Shown piece by piece: positions 39,853-52,075 of a stretch of DNA of 64,000 bases. The translations under genes were made by a program, and so were the position numbers. The stretch covers positions 1,728,001-1,792,000 of the forward strand of contig OY969474.1 of assembly GCA_963700145.1 (NCBI GenBank), in the 5' to 3' direction. The notes under the pieces are model-generated. The model searched no databases, was not told where the DNA came from, and was given only the letters and a program-made list of their open reading frames with translations. The number at the start of each line of letters is the position of its first letter. Within the stretch, counting starts at the first letter, position 1. The DNA is from an uncultured Acidobacteriota bacterium. GTDB taxonomy: Bacteria; Acidobacteriota; Thermoanaerobaculia; Multivoradales; UBA5704.

Positions 39853-39882
39853 TGTCAGAAATCCGCCGCCGGCCGCGAAGGA
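39853..39882 (+). promoter_or_regulatory. Putative ECF-sigma promoter motif, copy 3 (TGTCAGAAA-N13-GCGAAGGA)
   Basis: Intergenic, 24 nt before the ATG at 39907, followed by a GGGAGG RBS. Confidence 0.7.
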
Positions 39883-39906
39883 CCTCCACAAAGGGAGGAT
39901 TTCGCC

Positions 39907-42153
39907 ATGGCCATCACGATGCAGGGCAATTGGACCGTCTCCGTGAAGAGCAAGAGCGCCGCGTTTCCGCAGCGCTTCGTCATCGCGGGGGCAAGCTCCG
40001 GCAACGGGACGTACGCCGGGGACACTTCGACGCCGCCGGTCACGGTCGTCGGCGCCAACTGGACGATCCGCGTCGAGCACAACCCGGGCTCCGGGTTCAT
40101 CGATTCGGCGGAGCAGATCAAGTTTCCGACCACCACGCTGACCGAGTACCGCTTCGACATCCAGTCGAACGACAGTGGCGCCGACCAGGACTTCAACGAC
40201 CTGATCCTGACCTGCAGGACGCCGCGCACCGACACCGACTTCGTCCTCTTCGGCAACGTGAGCTGGTACAAGGGCTGCTCCTGGAACCCCTGTTTCCCGC
40301 GCTGGCTAGTCTTCGACACGTTGCCGGCGGTCCGCGAGGCGCTCAAGAACCCGCTCTTCCGCGAACCGCTCGAGAAGCTCTATCCGGACCGGCTGTACGA
40401 GGTGCCGCCGCGCATCGGGCCCATTCCCGATCCGCCTCCGTTCCGGCCGCTGGTGGTGCCGCTCGAGGGCCTCACGGCCCTGCCGCCCAAGCAGGCGCAG
40501 CTCATCAAGCTGCGGGCCCTGGACCTCGAAGGGCCCGAGCTCAAGACCGCCGCGAAGCGGAACGTCCAGGCGGCCGCGGACCGGCCCGCCGACGACGAGC
40601 TCGAAGAGAGGTCGATCCTCTCGGCGCGGGCGGTCGAGGTGTCCCGGCCGGCGCCGATCGCCGACTTCAAGCTCGAGCGCATCGAGATCGGCCGCCTACA
40701 GGATCAGTTCCGCTTGCTCTGCCAGACCGGGCCTCTCGCCGGCACGGTGCTGCGGTTTCTCGAGTACGACCGCACGGCGGCCGAGCTGGCGGGCGGACCG
40801 TATACCGGCACCGGCACGCGGGAAACGCTCGGGATCTGCGTCACCGACCGCAACGGCAACTACGTCTTCCGCTTCCGTCGCCCGACCGCGAGCTTCCTCA
40901 ACGAGGCCAACGTGGACGTGGCGGCCGGCGAGGACGAGGTGGTGCAGAGCATGCCGGACGTCATCGTCCAGGTCGTCGACACCGTCCACCCCTCCGGCTT
41001 CTCCTACGAGAGCGCCCCCTACTGGAACGTGCCGCTCTTCAAGCGGATCAACATCTGCGCGCCGCTCGTCGGCCGTCTCCCGACGGCGTGTCAGGGGCAC
41101 AACGCCATCCAGGCGATCGGCAACATCTTCATCGGCGCTCCGACCGCTCCCCCGCCGCCGGGACAGCCGCCCGGCTACGGCCCGCGGGTCGGCTTCAGCA
41201 ACTTCCTCGGCGGCACCGGCAGGATCACCGCCAAGAACACCCTCCCGAACGTGCCGCCGGCGCGCTGCGCCGCCTGGGCCGGCCGGCTCGACCTCTTCGC
41301 CTGCTTCATCGACCAGCCGGCGGTGAAGCACTACACGATCCGCTACCGGCGGCACGGCACCGCCGCCTGGAGCAGCTTCTTCCAGGAGAAGTACACCCAT
41401 CCCAAGATCGCCAACATCAGCCTGCCCGGCTACTCGGGCGACCCCGTGGGGCCCTTCGACGTGCCGCTCCACGTCGACGGCGGCCCGGCTTCACCGACCA
41501 AGGCCTACCTCAACATCGAGAGCGACAACGCCTGGGTCCTCACCCACCGCGACCGCAAGGCGGTGATCTCGTCGTGGCTCTATGCCGCGACGCCCGGCTC
41601 GGTCGACTTCCGCATCGAAGGGTACGACTCGGCGGGCAACAAGGTGTCCGGCGCGGACGACATGGTGACTCTCTACATCGACAACACCGGCCCCGACTTC
41701 ACGATCTCCGAGGTGACGATGGCCAGCACCCCGGGCGGCGACTGCGCGCTGTTCACCGTGCCCGCCGCGGCGCCCGCGACCCCGCTGACGGTGAAGTTCA
41801 AGGCGAACCAGCTGCAGGGATTCATGCACGACTACGGCTTGAGCGTGCGGAAGGGGAACATCGGCGGCTTCGGCATCACCGGGAGCCCCGCCGGGCTCAT
41901 CAGCGGCAGCTACACGCACGGCGACGATCTCGCCTGCAGCCAGTTCGTCGGGACGTTGGATACCGGCGGCACACTGGGCCTGGTAACCGTGGACCTGGCG
42001 CCGGCGAGCGGCCGCTGGCTGGAGCCCGGGCAGCCCTTCTGCACCTTCGCGGTCAACCTCGGGTGCAGCACGCGGGTCACCAACGGCTACAACTCGGCGG
42101 TGGCCGGTTACGGACCCGTCCAGTACTTCCTGGGGATCCAGGCCGGTTCGTGA
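39907..42153 (+). CDS. Hypothetical 748-aa beta-rich protein with acidic DxDFND motif in the N-terminal domain
   Basis: Strong RBS, GC-biased third positions, no Sec signal; IQSNDSGADQDFNDLIL; central VTDRNGNYVFRF...PDVIVQV segment. Confidence 0.85.
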   Translation: MAITMQGNWTVSVKSKSAAFPQRFVIAGASSGNGTYAGDTSTPPVTVVGANWTIRVEHNPGSGFIDSAEQIKFPTTTLTEYRFDIQSNDSGADQDFNDLILTCRTPRTDTDFVLFGNVSWYKGCSWNPCFPRWLVFDTLPAVREALKNPLFREPLEKLYPDRLYEVPPRIGPIPDPPPFRPLVVPLEGLTALPPKQAQLIKLRALDLEGPELKTAAKRNVQAAADRPADDELEERSILSARAVEVSRPAPIADFKLERIEIGRLQDQFRLLCQTGPLAGTVLRFLEYDRTAAELAGGPYTGTGTRETLGICVTDRNGNYVFRFRRPTASFLNEANVDVAAGEDEVVQSMPDVIVQVVDTVHPSGFSYESAPYWNVPLFKRINICAPLVGRLPTACQGHNAIQAIGNIFIGAPTAPPPPGQPPGYGPRVGFSNFLGGTGRITAKNTLPNVPPARCAAWAGRLDLFACFIDQPAVKHYTIRYRRHGTAAWSSFFQEKYTHPKIANISLPGYSGDPVGPFDVPLHVDGGPASPTKAYLNIESDNAWVLTHRDRKAVISSWLYAATPGSVDFRIEGYDSAGNKVSGADDMVTLYIDNTGPDFTISEVTMASTPGGDCALFTVPAAAPATPLTVKFKANQLQGFMHDYGLSVRKGNIGGFGITGSPAGLISGSYTHGDDLACSQFVGTLDTGGTLGLVTVDLAPASGRWLEPGQPFCTFAVNLGCSTRVTNGYNSAVAGYGPVQYFLGIQAGS

Positions 42154-42554
42154 GCGTGTACGTGCTGCTGGCGGGGGCTCTGGGGGTCTGGCGCCTGACC
42201 CACTTGCTGTGGGGCGAGGACGGTCCGTGGGACCTCCTCGCCCGCCTCCGCCGGCGGGCGGGAGACGGGTTCTGGGGCAACCTGCTCGACTGCTTCTTCT
42301 GCTGCAGCGTGTGGGTTGCCCTGCCGTTCGCCCTGCTTCTCGGGAGCCGCTGGCAGGACCGGCTGCTCCTCTGGCCGGCGCTCTCGGCGGGAGCCATCCT
42401 GCTTCAGGGGCTGGCGTTCCCGCGGACGCTCGAGACTCGCGCCAGCGCGCCGGCACTCCCGCCGGCGCCCTTTACCGAAGACGAGGAACCCGACGATGTC
42501 CTGCTGCGGCGACAAGAGACACCAGTTCCAGGTCTTCCACACGCTTCGACCTGA
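42150..42554 (+). CDS. DUF1360-like membrane protein with CxxC
   Basis: GTG overlapping the upstream stop (GTGA); WRLTHLLWGEDGP...LLDCFFCCSVWVA. Confidence 0.78.
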   Translation: MSVYVLLAGALGVWRLTHLLWGEDGPWDLLARLRRRAGDGFWGNLLDCFFCCSVWVALPFALLLGSRWQDRLLLWPALSAGAILLQGLAFPRTLETRASAPALPPAPFTEDEEPDDVLLRRQETPVPGLPHAST

Positions 42555-42750
42555 CCCCGAGCCGCCGGCCCCGACGGCCGTTCCGCCGGTCTCGCGGGTG
42601 CTCTTCGAATATGTGGGGAGGACCGGGCTCACGGCCACCGGCCCGCTCACCGGCCAGCACTACCGCTTCGAGGGGCCCGGCATGCGCGTCGAGGTGGACG
42701 GCCGCGACGCGCCCTCGCTCGCGGCGGTCCCCAACCTGCGGCGGGTCTGA
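42496..42750 (+). CDS. Small protein with N-terminal MSCCG motif
   Basis: GAGGA RBS then ATG 42496; MSCCGDKR...FEYVGRTGLTATGPLTGQHYRFEGPGMRVEVDGRDAPSL. Confidence 0.75.
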   Translation: MSCCGDKRHQFQVFHTLRPDPEPPAPTAVPPVSRVLFEYVGRTGLTATGPLTGQHYRFEGPGMRVEVDGRDAPSLAAVPNLRRV

Positions 42751-42761
42751 GGGAGACGGAC

Positions 42762-45206
<2,445 letters not shown>

Positions 45207-45253
45207 TCTCTAGGTCCCGGCTGCCCGTGAGTCTAGCATCCTGAATAGAGAAC

Positions 45254-45297
45254 GCGGGCGGGGCGAGGGTCCATTTCACCCCCTCGCTCCCGCCCGC
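45254..45297. terminator. GC-rich hairpin between tyrosinase and clpC
   Basis: GCGGGCGGGGCGAGGG ... CCCTCGCTCCCGCCCGC imperfect inverted repeat, followed on the minus strand by GTTCTCTATT. Confidence 0.5.
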
Positions 45298-45315
45298 ACG
45301 GCGCTGCCGGGACCG

Positions 45316-46932
45316 CTACCGCTCCTGGATCGACACCTTCTTGACGCTGACGAACGGCCCGCTGCCGGCCGTTGCCGTCAGCGCCTGCTCGCCGTGGCCC
45401 GGGACGAAGGTCACGTCGAGCTCGCCCGTCCACTGCCCGGCCGCCTTCAGCGCCGCCACCTCGTCGGTGACGTCGAAGCTGCGGCTCGTCTCCGCCGCGT
45501 GCTCGGGGTGGTCGAAGAGCGCCACGGTGCCGACGAAGTTCTTCATCTTGGGATTCGGCGTCGCGCCCGCCGGGAGGTTCAAGTAGACCTCGTAGTGCGC
45601 GCCGTGGCGGAGGAGCTTCACCCCTTCGAGCACCAGCCGCACGCGGCCGGGGTCGGGCCCGGCGAGGGTGAGGATGCGCTGGCTGGCCGCCTGCGGCAGC
45701 GCCACCTTGACCGACGTCCGCCGCGCCCCGAGCTTGGTGTCCGCGGCCGCGCCCGAGACCAGCGTCTTGGGCGCCGCCGGCGGCGGGCCTCCCGCCTCGC
45801 CGGTGAGCGGGCCCTCGTCGCAGAGGACGACGTTGTTCACCGGCAGCCCTTCGTACTGGTAGTCGAGCTGGGTGGCCATGTTGAGGATCTGGCAGCCGGT
45901 GAGGGTGACCGCCGTCTTGGTCTCGTCGAAGAAAGTGAACTTCTGGTTCCGCCATTCGTCGTTGGTGGTGTTGGCCCGCCCGGCTCCGAGGTTGAGCCAC
46001 ACCTGCCACAGGCGGTCGATGTTGGCGTGGTGGAGCCAGAAGATCGGATCGCGCGCCGCGCACGCCGGGTCGCTCATCCAGCCGCTGCCGCCGACGGCGA
46101 CGTGCACCGCGTTGTGGGGCTGGAACTCCAGCTCGCCGGTGCCGTTGCCGAAGTGCACCGGCTGCGCCGTGAAGTTGCCGCCGAAGGTCTCGTCGGAGAA
46201 CGTGTTGGCGACGCACCCGGCGGCGCAGGTCGCCGTGCGACAGCCGCAGAAGTTCTTGTGCTGATCGTCCATCGCGTCGTCGTCCGAGGCGTCGCCGTCC
46301 GAGATGCACGGGTTGCCGGCGACGACGTTGTTGCAGTTCGACGCCCGCGCCGAGACGAAGAGCGGGTTCGAGGCGTCGGCCGGGCTGCGGAACGGCTCCG
46401 GCAGGTCGCGGTTGGCGGTGTTCTCGTAGTCCCAGTAGGGCAGCGCGAAGTCGGCCGTGGGATCGCCGCTCGCCTCGCGCACCGCGGCGCGCAGGATGCG
46501 CTCGAAGTAGTAGACGTACATGCGGTGCCAGGAGAGGAAGAAGAAGCTCGCGTGCTGGCAGGTGCCCCAGGCCTCCGGCGGGTTCGGCCCGGAGAAGGGC
46601 GTGGCGGGGCAGGTGGTGTCGCCCGGCCGCGGGTAGTCGTGCATGTTGGCCTGGTAGAGCCAGCTCGTCACTTCGGTGGCGGCCCGCGACTGCATCAGCG
46701 CCACCCCGGCCTTGTAGCGGCTGAGCTCGTCCGCCGAGAGGGTGTTGATCTCGCGCCGGGTGAAGACGGTCGGCGGCGGCGGCTCGGTCGTCGAAGGCTC
46801 GGTGGTGGCGGTGGTGTCGGCGGTGTCGGTGTCGTCGCCGCCGCCGTCGCCGCCGTTGCAGCCGACGAGCAGCAGGACCGTGAAGGGCACGGCCGCCCAC
46901 AGCCAGCTCCGTCGGGCACGTCGCTTGCGCAT
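45316..46932 (-). CDS. Tyrosinase / polyphenol oxidase (type-3 copper) lipoprotein
   Basis: GGAGGAG RBS; lipobox LVGC; CuA QANMH/CQH/FLSWHR; LPYWDY; CuB PHNAVH...DPIFWLHH; C-terminal YEVYLNLP domain. Confidence 0.93.
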   Translation of the reverse strand: MRKRRARRSWLWAAVPFTVLLLVGCNGGDGGGDDTDTADTTATTEPSTTEPPPPTVFTRREINTLSADELSRYKAGVALMQSRAATEVTSWLYQANMHDYPRPGDTTCPATPFSGPNPPEAWGTCQHASFFFLSWHRMYVYYFERILRAAVREASGDPTADFALPYWDYENTANRDLPEPFRSPADASNPLFVSARASNCNNVVAGNPCISDGDASDDDAMDDQHKNFCGCRTATCAAGCVANTFSDETFGGNFTAQPVHFGNGTGELEFQPHNAVHVAVGGSGWMSDPACAARDPIFWLHHANIDRLWQVWLNLGAGRANTTNDEWRNQKFTFFDETKTAVTLTGCQILNMATQLDYQYEGLPVNNVVLCDEGPLTGEAGGPPPAAPKTLVSGAAADTKLGARRTSVKVALPQAASQRILTLAGPDPGRVRLVLEGVKLLRHGAHYEVYLNLPAGATPNPKMKNFVGTVALFDHPEHAAETSRSFDVTDEVAALKAAGQWTGELDVTFVPGHGEQALTATAGSGPFVSVKKVSIQER

Positions 46933-47014
46933 GGCAGCTCCTCCTCCCTGAAAGGGATGTTCCAGCAAAGAATGAACCACTCGGGCGGGCTTGGCTAGTC
47001 CCCCCCGGGGACGG

Positions 47015-47548
47015 CTAGCGCGCGTGCAGGGCGAGGCGCCGGAAGCGGAGAGCGGGCCCGGCGGCCGCGGCCGCCTCGCCGGCCGGCACGAAGGTCACCC
47101 GCAGCTCCCCCGTCCACCGGCCCAGCTCGCGCAGGGCCCGGGCGGCGGGGGCGAGGTCGAAGGTGCGCATCGCCTCGGGGGCCCGACCCGGAGGGGCGTA
47201 GAGCGCCACGAGACCGAGGAAGTGGGGGCCCTTGGGGTCCGGCTTCGCTCCTTCGGGGAGGTTCAGGTAGACCTCGTAGGCGACGCCGGGGCGCAGCAGC
47301 TCGAGGCCCTCGATCGCCAGCCGCAGGCGGCCGGGCTCGGCCACCTCGAGCAGGCGCTCCTTGGCCTCCGCCGGCAGCGGCACTTCAACCGTCACCGGCT
47401 CGGCGCCCAGCTCGACCTGCGTCGTTTCGCTCGCGGCCAGCACCTTGGTCTCGTTCACCTCGCCGCCCGGTGCCGCGGCGCCGCCCGCCGCGGGCGGCTG
47501 GCAGCCGGCGAGCGCCAGGAGGAGGAGGTAGGGCGCCAAGCTGCGCAC
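47015..47548 (-). CDS. Lipoprotein homologous to the C-terminal domain of the adjacent tyrosinase
   Basis: Lipobox LAGC; shares RLxxEGxxLLRxGxxYEVYLNLPxGAxPxPK and WTGELxVTFVP with the tyrosinase. Confidence 0.85.
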   Translation of the reverse strand: MRSLAPYLLLLALAGCQPPAAGGAAAPGGEVNETKVLAASETTQVELGAEPVTVEVPLPAEAKERLLEVAEPGRLRLAIEGLELLRPGVAYEVYLNLPEGAKPDPKGPHFLGLVALYAPPGRAPEAMRTFDLAPAARALRELGRWTGELRVTFVPAGEAAAAAGPALRFRRLALHAR

Positions 47549-47569
47549 AACACCGCCATCTTACGCCCC

Positions 47570-48247
47570 TCAGCCCGGTTGCAGCACGCCCCCCTCCAGC
47601 CGCAGCACCCGGCCGCAGCGGGCGGCGATCTCGGGGTTGTGGGTGACCAGGACGCCGGTCGTCGCGTGGCGGGCCTGGAGCTCCAGGAAGAGGTCGAAGA
47701 CCTGCGCGCCGCTCTCGGGGTCGAGGTTGCCGGTCGGCTCGTCGGCGAGGATGAGCGGCGGCTCGAGGGCGAGGGCGCGGCAGATCGCCACCCGCTGCCG
47801 CTCGCCGCCCGAGAGCTGGCTCGGGAAGTGGTCGAGCCGGTCGGCGAGCCCGACCTCCTCGAGGAGCGCCCGCGCCCGCGCCAGCACCTGCTCCGGGTCC
47901 TGGCCGGCGATGCGGCCGGGGAGCATGACGTTCTCGAGGGCGTCGAAGTCGGCGAGGAGCTGGTGGAACTGGAAGACGAAGCCGATCGTGCGGTTGCGGA
48001 AGCGGGCGAGGCGGCGGGGCGAGAGGTCGGTGAGCGCGGTGCCGCCGATCCAGATGGCGCCGGCGTCGGGGCGGTCGAGGGCGCCGAGCAGGTGGAGCAG
48101 GGTCGACTTCCCCGAGCCCGAAGGGCCGACCACGGCGACCAGCTCTCCGGGCGCGACCTCCAGGTCCGCGCCGCGCAGCACCTCGACCCGGCGCACGCCG
48201 TCGACGTAGGCCTTGTGCACGTCGCGGGCGACGACGAGGACACTCAC
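47570..48247 (-). CDS. lolD: Lipoprotein-releasing ABC transporter ATP-binding protein
   Basis: GPSGSGKST, GFVFQFHQLL, LSGGERQRVA, ADEPTGNLD. Confidence 0.9.
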   Translation of the reverse strand: MSVLVVARDVHKAYVDGVRRVEVLRGADLEVAPGELVAVVGPSGSGKSTLLHLLGALDRPDAGAIWIGGTALTDLSPRRLARFRNRTIGFVFQFHQLLADFDALENVMLPGRIAGQDPEQVLARARALLEEVGLADRLDHFPSQLSGGERQRVAICRALALEPPLILADEPTGNLDPESGAQVFDLFLELQARHATTGVLVTHNPEIAARCGRVLRLEGGVLQPG

Positions 48248-49434
48248 CGGCGCATCGCCTCGATCGGGTCCATCGCCGCCGCGCGGCGGGCGGTGTAATA
48301 GGAGGAGACGAGGGCCAGGAAGAGCGTCAGCGCCAGCACCACCAGAAGGTCCTGCCAGCGCACCAGGAACGGCACGTAGTCGAGGAAGTAGACCTGCCCC
48401 GGCACCGGCAGCAGCTCGTAGCGGTCGAGGGCCCAGGCGCCGGCGACGCCGAGGACGGCGCCGGCGAGGGTCCCCAGCCCGCCGACCAGCGCGCCCAGCC
48501 AGAGGAAGGCGCGGCGCAGCTCGCCGGGCGTCGCCCCCATGGCGCCGAGCATGCCGATCTCCGGCCGCTTGCTCGAGGTGACGAGGGCGAGGTCGGCGAC
48601 CAGCGCCAGCGCCGCCACCAGGACGATCAGGAAGACCGCGACGAAGAGCACCACCTTCTCCAGGCGCAGCGCGAAGAGGAGCGGGCGGTTCAAGTCGCGC
48701 CAGGTGCGCACCTCGGCGCCGGGCGGCAGCGCCGCCGGCAGGCGGTCGGCCACACGGAGCGCCTCGTCGAGGTCGGCGGCGGTGACCTCCAGGAGATGCC
48801 GCGAGGCGCCGACCAGGCTCTCGGCGGCGCGCAGCGGCAGCGCCACGCGCTCCCGCTCCTGCTGCGTGCGCCCGCTCTCGTAAAAGCCCGTGAGCGGCAG
48901 GCTGCGCACCCGCGGCTGCGGGCCGAACGGCGTCAGGGTGGGGCGCGGCGACGCGATGCGGAGCGGCTGCCCGCGGTGGAGCGCCCAGCGCTCGCCGAGC
49001 GCGCGCGGCACGTAGAGCCCCTCGGGGCGGCCGGCGGCGCCGGGAAAGGAGCGCGGCACCGCGCCCTCGATCCCCACCAGCTCGACCGGCTGCACCTTCC
49101 CCTCGGCGACGATCCAGCCGCCGCCGCGCACCTGGAGCTGCGCGGCGCGGACGCCGGGAACGGCGAGCACCGCCTTCCGCGCCGCCGCCGCGTCGGCGCC
49201 CGGCGGCAGCTCCACCTCGATCTGCGGCGTGCGCCCCAGGATCTCGGAGCGGAGGGCGTCCTGGAAGCCGGAGATGACGGCGAGCGAGAGGATGAGCGCC
49301 GCGACGCCCAGGGCGATCCCCCCCGCCGCCACCGCCGAGAGGAAGCTGGCGAAGGCGTCCTTGCGGGTGCTCTTGAGGTAGCGGAGGGCGAGGACGGCGG
49401 GGAACGGGAGGGGCGAGAGAAGGAGACGCGGCAT
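48244..49434 (-). CDS. Lipoprotein-releasing ABC transporter permease (LolC/E family)
   Basis: ALRYL, GIALGVAALILSLAVISGF, EIGMLGAMGA, DPIEAMR; lies between lysS and lolD. Confidence 0.9.
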   Translation of the reverse strand: MPRLLLSPLPFPAVLALRYLKSTRKDAFASFLSAVAAGGIALGVAALILSLAVISGFQDALRSEILGRTPQIEVELPPGADAAAARKAVLAVPGVRAAQLQVRGGGWIVAEGKVQPVELVGIEGAVPRSFPGAAGRPEGLYVPRALGERWALHRGQPLRIASPRPTLTPFGPQPRVRSLPLTGFYESGRTQQERERVALPLRAAESLVGASRHLLEVTAADLDEALRVADRLPAALPPGAEVRTWRDLNRPLLFALRLEKVVLFVAVFLIVLVAALALVADLALVTSSKRPEIGMLGAMGATPGELRRAFLWLGALVGGLGTLAGAVLGVAGAWALDRYELLPVPGQVYFLDYVPFLVRWQDLLVVLALTLFLALVSSYYTARRAAAMDPIEAMRR

Positions 49435-49447
49435 GAGGGAACGTAAA

Positions 49448-49469
49448 CGCCCGGCACGTAGGCCGGGCG

Positions 49470-49473
<4 letters not shown>
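49448..49473 (-). repeat. Short hairpin preceded by GTAG (REP-like)
   Basis: Minus strand GTAG-CGCCCGGC-CTACGT-GCCGGGCG overlapping the lysS stop codon. Confidence 0.45.
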
Positions 49474-50969
<1,496 letters not shown>

Positions 50970-51013
50970 GGAGCGGCGATTCTAGATGAACGCGCCTGCT
51001 ACGATCCGCGCTC

Positions 51014-51868
51014 GTGACCGCGCGCGATCCCGACGATCACCTGGCCGACGCGCTCGACGACAGCGTGCGGCAGTGGGACCGGATGGGCTGGCCGCGGCCG
51101 GCGGCGATGCTGGTCTCCGGCTCCGGCCTCGCCGTCGATCTCGACGCCGTGCGCGGGCCGGTGGCGCTGCAGGACCTGTTGCCCTTCGAGGTCCACCCGA
51201 TCGCCGGCCATCCGCACGAGCTCGAGCTCCTCGAGCCGCTCCCCGACCGACCGGTCCTCTACCAGCGCGGGCGCCTCCACCCTTACCAGGGCTACACGCC
51301 GCACGAGACGGTCTTCCCGATCCGGCTCGGCGCTCTCCTCGGCGCCAAGGTCCTGCTGATGACCAACGCCGCCGGCGGCCTGCGCCCCGACCTCGACCCC
51401 GGCGACCTGGTGCTGATCCGCGACCAGATCAACCTCTCCGGCATGAACCCGCTCCGCGGCCAGCTCCCCGAGAGCTGGGGCTCGCGCTTCCCCGACATGA
51501 CGACCACCTACGACGCGGCATTGCGCGCGCTCGCCCACCGCCATGCGGCGGCGCTGGGGATCGCGGTGACGGAAGGGACTTACGCCGGGGTGGCCGGGCC
51601 CAGCTACGAGACGCCGGCCGAGGTGCGCATGGTGCGCACCCTGGGCGGCGACGTGACCGGGATGTCGACGGTGCTCGAGGTGATCGCGGCCCGCCAGATC
51701 GGGATGCGCGTCCTGGTGCTGTCGCTGGTCAGCAACCCCGCGGCCGGCGTCCAGGAGACCCCCCTCGTCCACGAGGAGGTCCTCGCCGCCGCCGCGGCAG
51801 CGCACGACGACATCCGCCGCCTCCTCACCGCCCTGCTGCGCGATCCCGAACTGGTGTCGGCTGACTGA
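51014..51868 (+). CDS. punA: Purine nucleoside phosphorylase (trimeric type)
   Basis: GSGL, RGRLHPYQG, TNAAGGL, GPSYETPAE, GMSTVLE. Confidence 0.92.
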   Translation: MTARDPDDHLADALDDSVRQWDRMGWPRPAAMLVSGSGLAVDLDAVRGPVALQDLLPFEVHPIAGHPHELELLEPLPDRPVLYQRGRLHPYQGYTPHETVFPIRLGALLGAKVLLMTNAAGGLRPDLDPGDLVLIRDQINLSGMNPLRGQLPESWGSRFPDMTTTYDAALRALAHRHAAALGIAVTEGTYAGVAGPSYETPAEVRMVRTLGGDVTGMSTVLEVIAARQIGMRVLVLSLVSNPAAGVQETPLVHEEVLAAAAAAHDDIRRLLTALLRDPELVSAD

Positions 51869-51907
51869 GCGAGCTTTCGGAATGCAGAGGCTTCAGCGGG
51901 GATCAAT

Positions 51908-52075
51908 TCATCCAAACTCTGCGTCGGCAAAACGAGCCCTGACCTCCAACGGCGTCAGCTCACCGAAATAGCGGCCGGGATTGCCGCACATCCAGCATGA
52001 GCAGCGTCTCGGCGAGCATGCCCCGGACCTTGAACTGGCGCTGGCGGTCCGGCTGGCAGTCGATCAGCTCACCTT
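51908..52075 (-). pseudogene. Remnant of a small Cys-motif protein gene (CSCWMCGNP...ELT)
   Basis: Minus strand reads RCSCWMCGNPGRYFGELTPLEVRARFADAEFG-stop(51908), with no in-frame start upstream of the motif before an in-frame TGA. Confidence 0.5.

Noticed and set aside
39258-42149. 1098-aa ORF 39258..42554 as one protein
   Set aside because: Only the last ~134 aa (from GTG 42150) look like a protein; the rest is an R/P/G-rich alternative frame of real genes.
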